Assembly: GCA_977016875.1 (NCBI GenBank)
Contig: CDRNST010000090.1
Coordinates: 682,001-746,000 of the forward strand
Reading direction: 5' to 3'
From: Pavona decussata
Taxonomy: Eukaryota
Length of the DNA stretch: 64,000 bases
Shown here: positions 1-11,064 of the stretch, one piece after another
Position numbering within the stretch: the stretch's first letter is position 1
Layout: each line of letters starts with the position of its first letter
The notes under the pieces: model-generated
What the model saw: the letters and a program-made list of their open reading frames with translations, nothing else
Database searches by the model: none
What the model was told of the DNA's origin: nothing
Position numbers and translations under genes: made by a program

Positions 1-289
1 TGTGTTCTATAAACTTCTTCCATTTCGCGCAACCGCAAAGGGCCTTCAGAATTACGATGTCACTATAGAAATGTACTGTCCGCATTTCACCGCAAGAGCA
101 CCTGTCAGTTGTGTCTCTCCAGAGCTTTTCAATAAGATGCTTAATAAGTCACCTGACAAGGCCGGACTCGAGATAACTTATGCAATAACCGAGGAGGGGG
201 ATGATGATTAGTAATGAGACTAAACAATTTGCGCCAGAGATATCAATAAAGGGAGTAAAGGACCCAAATAGCCATTATTTCAAATGATA

Positions 290-675
290 GTCGTAACCAT
301 GATTTCGTCATGCCTAGATTTCGGACTGTTGCTTATGGGAAACACAGCCTTATTTACCTTGGCCCTGTCATTTGGTCCAAACTCGATATATCTATTCGAT
401 TGTCTGAATCACTGGGCACTTTCAAAAAGCGTATTAAACTTGTATATTTCACAAGCCTGCTAGACAGCACTGGTAAAGACTGTTTTCTATGTAACAACTA
501 ATACCCGATTTTACGTGTGGACGTACATTTTATATATGTTATTGATTATTAGATTATTATGACTACTAGACAAGTGATTGTAGTTAGGTGTCCCCAATTA
601 GTGTACATTGTATGCCAGCGACCTAGACACTATAATATAATAAAGTTCTTACTTACTTACTTACTTACTTACTTA
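290..675 (+). mobile_element. 3' end of a 5'-truncated non-LTR retrotransposon (CR1/L2 group) with (CTTA)n tail
   Basis: ORF 310-501 (PRFRTVAYGKHSLIYLGPVIWSKL...SLGTFKKRIK) matches the typical LINE ORF2 C-terminus; AATAAA at 639-644 is followed by a (CTTA)n tail at 648-675. Confidence 0.75.
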
Positions 676-836
676 TGCAATCTCTGTCTGAGAGCACGTA
701 ATTGTGAGGGAATATAATTGTGAATTGATAAGGATAATGAAGAGGCAGAATTCTGACATATACTGTATGCCAATGGAAACAAGCTCTGTTCCTGTTTTTG
801 GAAGCTTTTTCTAAGCGTCAGGTTCAATAACCCCTG

Positions 837-1457
837 AACTAATTAACCAACTAACCAAACCCCCGGAACACTTTTTGGGTTTCTTACAATCAACTGATTT
901 CTTAAATTTTTTTCCTCATGGGTAGTCAATGGAATAAGATACTCCAGATACTATTGTTAAAAACACAAATGATAACATTTGTTCCAAGTTTTAGTGCTGT
1001 CACCTTAATTAAATGGTTGGAGAAACGATTTGTTTTTCTGATTTGTCCGGAGAATTTAAGGACATTCGCGCCCATCCCTTATACGTGTCTTTAGTGCACA
1101 CCCTTGTTATTAGGCTCGTGCGTGCTACGTCATACATCAACCACGCTTTGGATAACTAATTAACCAACTAGCCGGACGCTCAAAACACTTTTTGGGTTCC
1201 TTACAATGGATTGATTTCTTGAATCTTTTTCCTCATCGGTAGTCAACTGAATAAGATACTCCAGATACTATTGTTGAAAACACAAATGATAACATTTGTT
1301 CCAAGTTTTAGTGCTGTCAGCTTAATCAAAAACTTGGAGAAACGATTTGTTTTTCTGATTTGTCCGGAGAATTTAAGGACATTCGCACCCCTCCCTAATA
1401 CGTGTCCTTAGTGCGCATGCTTTTTATTAGGCTCGTGCGTGCTACGTCATACATCAA
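837..1457. repeat. Diverged two-copy tandem duplication, ~316-bp unit
   Basis: aactaattaaccaacta...gctacgtcatacatcaa occurs at ~837-1140 and ~1153-1457. Confidence 0.9.
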
Positions 1458-3075
1458 GCACGCACACTGAGTAAAAAAAATCAACAAAATGTAGCGCTGA
1501 TGACCGAGGCGTAAACTTGGTATGAGAATGTTTTTGTTGGATGCACGGTGACCCCCACTTTTTCTTTTCGGGAGAGCACTTCCTTCTCTGATTCTTTTCA
1601 AAGTAACAAAAAAAACCTGTACGTGGGGAGTTGTAATTATTTTGCTTTTGTGAAATTTTAGCAAGCGATGAAGGTGGCATAAATGACATAATTGCTATTT
1701 TCATTTCAGCAACACCAAGAAATTGGTAATGTTACTAATGTTGAAGTTGCGACTCAACAGTAATTAAAATCGTTCACTTCAGAGATTGTGATATGTTAGG
1801 TTTTGCATTGGTAGTGTTGTGTTATACGACTGTTTATTTTATGTTTATTCTTAATTAATTTCATACTCTTGCAAGGAAAAAGCGGAAAGTGCCTTGAACC
1901 ACGTTGTTTGTTTTTTAAAAACACTTTTGCACCCTTCAACATAAAAACAGAATCTCCTAACAAGCAAGAGTCGACCACAAAGTTTACTTAGCTTTCAAAG
2001 CTCCGTGGAAATTGTCACCAAAAAATCAAAGTATTTATTTAAATTCTTTATTACCTTTTACTGTTTGCCTCTTACATTGTATGCTAACAGAAGAGAAAAC
2101 CATAAATTGGCAAATCTAATTGATTTATTAAACACTTAATGATACTTTCCTTATGCTGTCAAATTGTGTGGCATAAAAGTAGAGTCGAGCCCCAATACTT
2201 TGAATTGTCCTTCTTTTAAATATTTTTCAGCTTAGTTTTCGTGCACCATAGCAAAACTACAGAAATGACCTCTTTTTATTTCTTTTTCATCGTCATAATG
2301 GCTTAGCATTGGGCAAAAATAGTTGCGAGTCTTTGGCGATCGAGGCAGTGGCACTTGTGTAGTGATATTTCTTTTTCACATTAACCTTCAGCAGTATCAC
2401 TCATATAGAAATACTCTGTTTGTTTTTTTGTAAAAAGACAAAATAGATGTGGAAGCAAACCGCGTTTTCCAAAACATGCTTTCATGGTTCTAGTAATTAG
2501 AAGGCGATCTCGAGGTTTAATTTCCATCGAGAATCCAAGTGAATAGAAACCAACAGCGATACGTCTCATTGTTTTAGCCAAATCAGTGTGCAGTGACCAA
2601 CATACTACGCAAATAATTTGTACAAAAATGTTTTATTTTAACTTTTATTTTATGCTCACTATCAGTAAAAACATTTTCAGCTTTAGGAAAGTCTACCGCC
2701 ACAACAAACCTTAGGTTTTTGAACGATCACTTGAGTGGAGCAGAGCATCTCATTGATCAGTTAGTGCATCCGAAGGGCAAAGTCGTAATTGTGAATTGAA
2801 CTTTTCTCAATATTTTTCACGTTTCACTTTTTTCAGAAGCATTGGCCGGGAACTGTTATATAGTTGGTGCCTCGCTCGCTAACCTCACCCTGTCCAACGA
2901 ACTCCTCCATGTGACAATTAACACTTGTTTTATTCGGTTGTGCTATCATGACATCTTTTATTCTCTCTAACGCACTTTAACATATTTATTACAACTGTCA
3001 CATTTTAATGAACCTTCATGTGGTTTGTATGACAGATAGCCCGCACAGTTCCCAGCCTTCCCCTTTAGATTTACC

Positions 3076-4155
3076 TTGAACGAACATGGATGTTCCTTTA
3101 AGGAAGTCATACAGACTAGTACCCTTTTGCCTGGTGGTTGTTTTTGTTATACATCCGGTGATGGCAATCCGCCACCTTCAAATGTGTTCAAAGGCATAGC
3201 GACACTAATAGATCGGTATAAGAAAGGAAAGCTCACTAAAACATTCTCCATTTATTATAATCACGATGATGAGGACCAACAGAGCATAGAAGCGTTCTTT
3301 ATTCCTGATACTATTCTTTGGGATCCTTTGCTTCAGTATTTCAATGGAGAATTACGTTGTCCCCAGTGTGACCAAATTCTGAAGCCTAGGAGCTGGAAGG
3401 ATGGACTAGACTGGAGGCATGGCAACCCCAGGCAACTTGCAGATCTTGAAAGTACTGTTCTGCTGGTGAGTAGAGTCTATGCATGGAAGAATGATCACCG
3501 AACAGTCGGCCATGACCCTCACATTCTGAAGGAGTTTACAAAGGAAGAACTAATCCCCTTTGTGCTTTTACACAAAAATGGAATTAAGCATTGTTTGTAC
3601 AGACTGATAACCGTTCAATCTGCGTCAGGAATGACGTACATGAAAGTAGAATCACTCTTAAACCAAATTTGGCACAGTTACCACACAGAGATGGGCATCA
3701 TCATACCGAAGGTTTCACCGCTACATCCCAACAGAAAGCTAATTCGCCAATGTTTTCTTCATGCCTATCTCAATAAAGAAAAACTTTACAATGCAAAGAT
3801 GTCATCGTTCACAGGCAGTTGGCTATGCTCTGACCACATATTCAAGGTCGCTGGCAATGAAGGTACGTGGCAAAAGGGACAATGGATTCGGCAATTTGGC
3901 TCCATGTTTTCCATAATGAACGAGGAAGGCATTCTTCTACCTTGGCAACTGACCAGAGGCACTGGCTTCAGTAGAGTAAAACGTTTACTAGTGGGACTCC
4001 AAAAACGGTTTAATAAGCGTAAAGTGATCATCTGGGGATTTTCTTTTGACAACTGCTGCGCCAGGAGGTTATTATTGCAAGGGGTATTTGGACTCATTCC
4101 GATCAAACTTGATTTTTTTCATGTTGTGCCAGTAAAATTAAAGACACCCCCTTAG
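3076..4155 (+). pseudogene. Truncated DDE transposase-like ORF (MULE/ISL3-like)
   Basis: CPQC zinc knuckle, then SDHIFK, FDNCC and LDFFH motifs spaced like a D..D..DxxH core; the ORF ends just after DxxH with no downstream catalytic Glu region. Confidence 0.5.
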
Positions 4156-4392
4156 AAGAAAGTGTCTCAATTCTCATGCAAAATGTTAGCAAAATATACA
4201 GTGATGGCAATTTTAGTATGCTTTGCAAGTGAACGTGCAGTATTTCAGATCAGTTCGTTTCAGTTATAGTAGTGCCGTACTTTTTTAATACACGACTTTC
4301 ATAATGGCGGACATCGCGATAGGCCTGGATCGAGTTGCATGAAAACAAGATCAGAAAGCCAAAAGATCGCGTCGTGTCTCTTTCTGTATACA

Positions 4393-6078
4393 ATGGCGAG
4401 CTCTTCGACATTTCTCACAGAATATGATATACCTGGCACTTCTCTTTTAGGAAGAAAACCTGAGGAATTAAAAATCTCAGAGCTAAAATTTTGGCTCAAA
4501 TGTTGTCGAGACACGGGAAAAGGCTTAAAGACGAAAGCAGAGCTGGTGAAGCGAGTGTATGAGTACGTACGAACAGGCAAAGACAAACAGGTCGTTGATC
4601 CAGATCCTTACAAAATTTACAGCCATAGAAAGGAGAAGCAAGGCACGAGTTCTGAGCCTGACACTGAAATTGATGAATTGTTTCAGTTTCCCAGCTCAGG
4701 ACGGGGAACGTCACTGGAAAAGATGCCTATGTTTACGCGGCTCCAGATGAATCGGCATGTTTGAAGTCTGGGAAAGGAATCCCATTGTAGATCATCACAC
4801 CGTTCCAACCAGATTAATAAAGGCCAGGCGTTTCTTAGATGATGAATATTTGGAAGATATTGAATGTGTGAGTGATTCCAGATACTTTTTCTTTAAGGCG
4901 AAGTGTTGCCATAGTTTCCGAAAAAGCGACCCTCCTCATAATCTGCAAATTGCCCTATGTATCTTATCTGGGGAAGTGGTGAGTGCTTCGTGTTCGTGTG
5001 TGGCAGGAAAAGTTGGATTTTGCAATCACGTATTAGCGCTGATGTTTAAGATGTGCAAGTATACGTTATTTTCTGCCACTAGTACTAAAGATCTGAGCGA
5101 GGAACAAGAGCAACAGTCCTCCGTAGCTTGTACTTCTCAACTCCAGCAGTGGCACAAAAAGGGTGGGGGGAAGAACATTGCTCCTCAACCAGTAATGACA
5201 GTACAAGTAACAAAAGTAAAGGATGCTGAATCCACTTCACGGTCTGGTATCAAACTGCTTGTGTATGATGCAAAAATGAAACATACCCATAATCTGGCTA
5301 CCGAACAAAATTTTAAGGAACAACTGAGAAAAATTGATTCCAATATGGGCCTGTCTCAAATGGCTAATGAGCAGACTGATGAGGAGAGTGCTAGACATGT
5401 AGAAACAAAGTTTGGCAAATTTCAAGTTGGCAGTTTCTTGTCATATCAAGGTGCTCTAACAGAACCACACTTTGAGGCCACCGCATCTATTAACTGCATT
5501 TTAAGGCTTGATCAAGTCAATAATGATGCCTTACATTATCCAAGGTTTCCTCTAAGGGACACTGATAGCATGGTAATTCCAGATAATTTGTCTGAGAATG
5601 ACCACAAACTTTTACAATCTTTAACTTTAGTTGAAGATGAAATCAATAAACTAGAAACTCAAACAAGGAAACAAGCCGGATGCCCAAAATGGAAGGAAAT
5701 AAGAAAATTCAGATTTACAGCATCACAATATCATTTGATTTCGAAACGACAAAGAAACCATGCGACATTTGCTGAGCAACTGCTGAATCCCACACCAGTT
5801 TCTTCTAAATATTTAGAACATGGCAAAAAGTACGAACCAGTTGCTCTCATGGAGTATGAGAAGTTCATGTTCAACAGAAAAGCACCTGTAAAGGTACTGC
5901 CCTGTGGACTTGTGGTATCAAAAGGATGTTCGCTTTTAGGTGCTACCCCTGATGCACAAGTAGTTGACTTTGGGTGCACTGATTACTTTGGGATAGCAGA
6001 AGTAAAGGGCCCATACACCAAGTATCATGTATCGCCCCTTGATGCTTGCACAGATCCAAAGTTCTTCATGGAACAGAC
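4393..6078 (+). pseudogene. SAP + SWIM zinc finger + YqaJ (lambda-exonuclease-like) accessory gene of an ISL2EU-type DNA transposon; frameshifted and 3'-truncated
   Basis: SAP-like LKISELKFWLK..KTKAELVKRV; SWIM CSCVAGKVGFCNHVLAL; YqaJ motifs TRKQ..W...RFTAS, HGKKYEPVA, LGATPDA, EVKGPY; frame change near 4760; similarity ends near 6078. Confidence 0.8.
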
Positions 6079-6079
6079 A

Positions 6080-6687
6080 GGTGTTTCGAGACGCCACTTT
6101 GAAAATGCCAAAACTTAAACCTAGACTTCCGCAAAAACCATTGCCGCACACTAAGACTATCTATTGACAGAGTTTCAGCAGGTAAAAGCTATTTGCTGCA
6201 AAATGTAACCGTACCTTCCTTTGATAACACAAAATTTTTAAACAGTAACGAAACCACAGTTGTACAAGAAGTACACAAAATTACAGATGCCAATACAAAT
6301 ACACCAGGTCTTAAAGAGAACCACTTCACAGGACAGTGTGTGGGTATAGACAAAGAAAAATATGTCATGCGTTGTCTGCAATCACTCCCTCCCATATGAC
6401 ATTACTAAGGAAGAAACCATAGTATGTACACACTGTAAGATTACTACGTTGTCATCACTGTTAAACACCAAACTAGTATGTCATGTCCTTATTAAAACTG
6501 ACAAAGGAATGCGCAGTTACAGATATTTTAATCATGCAGTGGAAAGCTATCTTAGAAAACATAAACCACCCTGTGCCTTAATTTAGCGGATATGCCCATA
6601 GATGATTTAAAATTATTGTCACTAAAAGCTGGGAAACAAGATATGATTGCAGACAAAACTGCAAAAAGAATAGCTCAGTTTCTGTAA
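6080..6687 (+). pseudogene. Decayed RPA-like OB-fold/zinc-ribbon coding fragment (possibly Helitron cargo)
   Basis: Overlapping ORFs 6193-6399 and 6362-6586 join as LQNVTV..F...KFLN...GQCVGI..SCVVCN...IVCTHCK, a CxxC..CxxC arrangement as in the RPA1 C-terminal OB fold. Confidence 0.45.
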
Positions 6688-6751
6688 AATTGATGCCTTC
6701 CCGTAAAGTCAATTTTGAACAAATTTTGTTCCATATCCTCGAAAGATTCCT

Positions 6752-6915
6752 AGAGAATCAAGTTGTTTGGTTAAGTTAGTTTTCATTGAGGATCAAGATT
6801 TTATATTAAGTTAGTTTCCATAGAGGATCAAGTTGTTATGTTAGGTTAGTTTTAATAGAGGATCAAGTTGTTATGTTAAGTTAATTTTCATGAAGAATCA
6901 AGTTGTTTGGTTAGT
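6752..6915. repeat. Minisatellite, ~33-bp unit, ~5 copies
   Basis: Repeated gaggatcaagttgttatgttaagttagttttcat variants. Confidence 0.9.
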
Positions 6916-7191
6916 TAATATTGTGGCAAATGTTAAATTATATTTCAAGTTAAAGGAATATATACTTCCACATGTTGAAACTGGAAAGAGCTCTATCTAG
7001 GGAAAAACATTTTTATTTGCTGTTAGCAGATAGATCTATACCCAAAGATTATTTCATATTGTTATTACCAAGGCAAGAACTATTTTACTTTGCGTTTAAA
7101 TAAAATGTTGGCCTTTCATGGCTGATCTCCAGTGTAATAGCCACAGCTGATACCACATTTCGCTTATTGGACTTTGCCACATAAAATCTTC

Positions 7192-7310
7192 TCCTGGTTC
7201 CATTTTTTTCCCTATAGTTCTCTGGTTCTTCTGGTTCTTGCGGTTCTCTGGTTCTCGTGGTTCTCTCGTTCTTCTGGTTGGTTCACGTGGTTCAACGGTT
7301 CTTGTTCTTT
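7192..7310. repeat. Degenerate ~9-10-bp minisatellite (ctggttctt-like)
   Basis: ggttct motif repeated more than 10 times. Confidence 0.85.
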
Positions 7311-7570
7311 GTGTTTGGTTGCCCCGTTCCACTTGCTCCCAGATCTTTAGCGATAGCACGACATGTGAGAACCTTGAAGTGAGAGACGTAATGAGAGTAA
7401 AAAGCGAGCGGATAGAGCTTGGGGACAAGCGTGACACGAAGAATTAAAAATGAAGGAAGTGGCGATAATCTTTGGAGTTTTCTCGATAGTTTGGAACGTT
7501 TGGATAAGTTGTATGCCAGTATCACATTCAAGCCATAAATTTGTCGCATTTGTTCTTAATAATTATCGTA

Positions 7571-7606
7571 CAGTCAACTCTCAATAACTCGAACCCTCGC
7601 TAACTC
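7571..7606 (+). mobile_element. Orphan terminal inverted repeat of a Tc1/mariner (pogo/Tigger-like) element
   Basis: TA|CAGTCAACTCTCAATAACTCGAACCCTC resembles pogo-type ends after a TA target; no partner end found. Confidence 0.5.
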
Positions 7607-9534
7607 TGTATTTCCCACCAGTAACCTCATGTCCTCTCAAAGGCCTATTTTCAATTGGTTGACAGACCAAACAATTAAGTTGCTTTCCATTTCAGTTTCC
7701 TTTCTTTCTGTTTTTCTACTTCTTTCCTACAGAAGTAGCTACAAGTAGTCCTGCACTATCTATTTTTTAAAGCTTGAACTAGAGAGCAGCACTTCTGAGA
7801 ACTTCTTGATTTGCAAAACTGCTACTCATTCCGAGTTGCTAAAACACACTTTATCAGGGCGCAAAAAAAAAAGTTAGCATCACTGCATATATGCAGCTGT
7901 GGTTAAAAAGTCACCCCAAAAAATATGACTGTCATACCTTCCGTTACTTCTGCTTACTTTCTAGAGGCAAAACCGGAAGGTTTGTTTATCCTATACGCAG
8001 ACCCGTGTGTGTGTGTGTATGTTAAAGGGTAATCCAGGTCTTTGTTAGGTATCTAGAGGCACAAAAAGTTGTATTGTTATATTTCCTGATGAGGTGTGCT
8101 TAAGTCAGGCGAAGGAGAAAGTAAAACAGTTAACAACTCAAGAAGTTTTAATACTTAATGTTCATTTATTCAACCTTTTATTTAGGAAATTAAACATCTA
8201 TATACTACAACTCGCTTCAACGCTTTGGATTAGGTTATATACATCTTCTGTATTTGTTATTAGGGACTAGACATTAAGCACTCCAAGTTCTGGGACTTTG
8301 TTAAACGACCACAAAAAAGATCAACGGTGAAGGAAGTCCAGGCAAGGAACCACATACGTCCACCATGCGTGTGACAACCTTACCCTTCACCTGGAAAAGT
8401 CCACAACTGTAAAGAGCTTTCTGTTTGTCGTGGATTCTTTTTAACGTTCTCGACAAGAGAATATAATTGATTCCGCTATGAAATTCCAGGGTGCCTTCCT
8501 GACAATTCACGAATTGAAAGCATGCAACAATTTTTTTTCCAGTTAAAAAATTGAAAGCAATCACCCCCATCACATCCATCAGAAGGCATGTAAGCCAAGT
8601 TTCATTGTAACTTATCGCCGTGAAAATCAATGTTATTAGTCCATTCTATATCTAGGCAGCCACTGGCATATCAAGGAAATGATCAATCTTGTGTAAGTGT
8701 TCTGCATGTGCTATTATGGTTTTCTGATGCACGTTCTAACATATTCTACTTCTTTATTTCAGCTCGCCCTTTCTGCAGTTACCTTTGTGCAAAGCATAAA
8801 CTTCATTATTATGACAACTTTCATTATTTGCCTGCTCTTCAATCCCATTTACCTTGGGAAGGTTTTTAAGAGTGTCACAGACACTGGTGGGCTCTACTTT
8901 TTAGGGTTCATTCATCAGAAAGGTTTCCCAGGACCAAGAGGTGCGAGTAACTTATCCTGAGCATAGTTGAACCTAGAGATCAGTTTGAATCCTTTCAGGG
9001 AAATGCTCTTGCATACCATTAGCTGCCCACTCCTTGCAGACAGACATTTGTTAACCACACCTCGAATGTTGGTGTATACAAGCCATTGCTCAAAGAAAGG
9101 TAATTCGTTCACTTCTACACTGCAACAAACCATGAAAATCTCAATTTTGTTTTTCTTTAAAAAGAGGAGTATATCCATTGAAATTCCTTTCCTCTGCTAA
9201 GCGAAGACCGTGCAATTCCTCTCTAATATACTTGAGCATTTTACTTTTATTGATGTACTATGATATTTTTCATTACCATTCAATGGTGATGATGATAATA
9301 ATAATGATATTAGCGATGGTTAAACATTCCTTTTAACCTACATCCTCTTCTGCTTCAAAGTCTGTGACCGCATATCTTGTTGGCCACTGGCACATTTCCA
9401 GGAAACTTGTGTCAGGGCATGTGTTTCAAAAAGATGAACCAGGAGACGGTTTTGTTTAGGTGGCTGCTGACAAGAGTGGAAAGTTGCCCACTGTTGTGTA
9501 TAGTGGATCATCACCCACTTCAGTCACTCTGGCG

Positions 9535-10295
9535 ATTATGTGGTCGATCTATTTTTAAGTAATGTGGCTGCAATAGTTGCAACTATGCGGAGTGGCAGAA
9601 ATGGTTTATATTTCGGAAAAGGGGAGGTGCAGCAAAATGTTAGGTTTAACCTGGCTTCCCAAGTCCAGCCTCGTAAAGCCCACGAAGGAAATAATAAATC
9701 AGGTTGCTCAACAAACAACTCATAAACAGCAATATAATTTTTAGAGACGCCAGTGGTACAAACGGTGAACATATAAGGATGGGCTGCTTGATAAATCATT
9801 ATCCAGTGAAGTACACAAACCTTTTTGATACCAGTTTTGTCTAATTAAATGACATAACCCTACTCATCCTTTTAACGACTGGGCGAAGTATTTTTTTCTT
9901 AATGAGTAGAGTCAATTATGTGGTCGATCTATTTTCAAGTAATGTGGCTGCAATAGTTGCAACTATGCAGAGTGGCAGAAATGGTTTATATTTCGGAAAA
10001 GAGGAGGTGCAGCAAAATGTTAGGTTTGACCTGGCTTCCCAAGTCCAGCCTCGTAAAGCCCAAGAAGGAAATAATAAATCAGGTTGCTCAACAAACAACT
10101 CATAAACAGCAATATAATTTTTAGAGATGCCAGTGGTACAAACGGTGAACATATAAGGATGGGCTGCTTGATAAATCATTATCCAGTGAAGTACACAAAC
10201 CTTTTTGATACCAATTTTGTCTAATTAAATGACATATCCCTACTCATCCTTTTAACGACTGGGCGCAGTATTTTTTTCTTAATGAGTAGAGTCAA
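9535..10295. repeat. Near-identical two-copy tandem duplication, 380-bp unit
   Basis: attatgtggtcgatct...gagtagagtca occurs twice; ORFs 9536-9799 and 9916-10179 are offset by 380 bp. Confidence 0.95.
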
Positions 10296-10458
10296 TCACT
10301 CAATCCGAATTGTAACTGTCTACCGCCCTCCCACCTCTACTCCATTGGTATTTTTGGATGAGTTTTTTTCTCGAAAATGTTGTTTGTGTACTGAACCTCT
10401 GATTATGGCGGGGGATTTCCATTTTCACATGGACTTGGTGCATAGTAATAATGCTGTA
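10296..10458 (+). mobile_element. L2/CR1-group LINE APE endonuclease fragment, left part
   Basis: SIRIVTVYRPPTS..FLDEF...EPLIMAGDFHFHMD matches the YRPP and GDFN motifs. Confidence 0.85.
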
Positions 10459-10972
10459 AAGAGGTTGTTTCATAACTTTTCGACGATAAAACGGGTTTGA
10501 AAGCTGATCCAATACGACGGAGTTTTGGATCAAAATTTTTCGTTCAGGTATCCTGGTTCCCTCCAATTTCTGCCTGCATCACATGTTCGTCTCGTGTATT
10601 TGCTATAATTTGGTTGCAGGTCTCCTCAAGTTGTTTCAATAGCCTTTGCCTTCTTTCTTCTCCTTCTGATATCCGTTGTCGAGTGCGAAGGGGGCGCTCT
10701 CTTTCTCCTTTAATCCCCTCTCAGAGGAAGAAAACATATTACGCAGATGCCACTGCCAAGTAGCAAAATCAATCCATATCCGAGAAGGTTTGAGTAGTTC
10801 TTTGGGGCATTCATCGTTCCATATTCTTCTATATCTTACTATATTCTTCAATATCCTTTATATTCTAAAAATCGTTCTTCTTTGTAACTTGCAATAAATT
10901 TGTACAGACGCAACGCAAAATGGAATCTATTTGTTAATTTTTGTTGTTGATGCATTAATGTTCAACACTTAC

Positions 10973-11064
10973 CCTTTGGGAATCTGATGTTGGTCTTTTA
11001 GAATTTTTGCCTCTATAAGTGGACTGCAATTCGAAAAAACATCAGTTTACTCCTTGGCTGTAGT
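10973..11064 (-). pseudogene. 92-nt RRM pseudo-exon, BOULE/DAZL exon-3-like (unit 1 copy, contains a stop)
   Basis: TTAKE*TDVFSNCSPLIEAKILKDQHQIPKG followed by a GG|GTAAGT donor; acceptor reads TTGCAA rather than TTGCAG. Confidence 0.6.

Noticed and set aside
2-211. 69-aa partial ORF at the window edge
   Set aside because: Truncated and without a recognisable motif.
4757-6118. Prophage or bacterial recombination gene (YqaJ)
   Set aside because: The SAP and SWIM fusion and the neighbourhood fit a eukaryotic transposon; no phage genes are nearby.
6752-6915. CRISPR-like ~33-bp repeats
   Set aside because: Units are contiguous with no unique spacers, there are no cas genes, and the context is eukaryotic.
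8290-9200. Possible decayed minus-strand coding sequence
   Set aside because: Coding-like, but no motif could be recognised with confidence.
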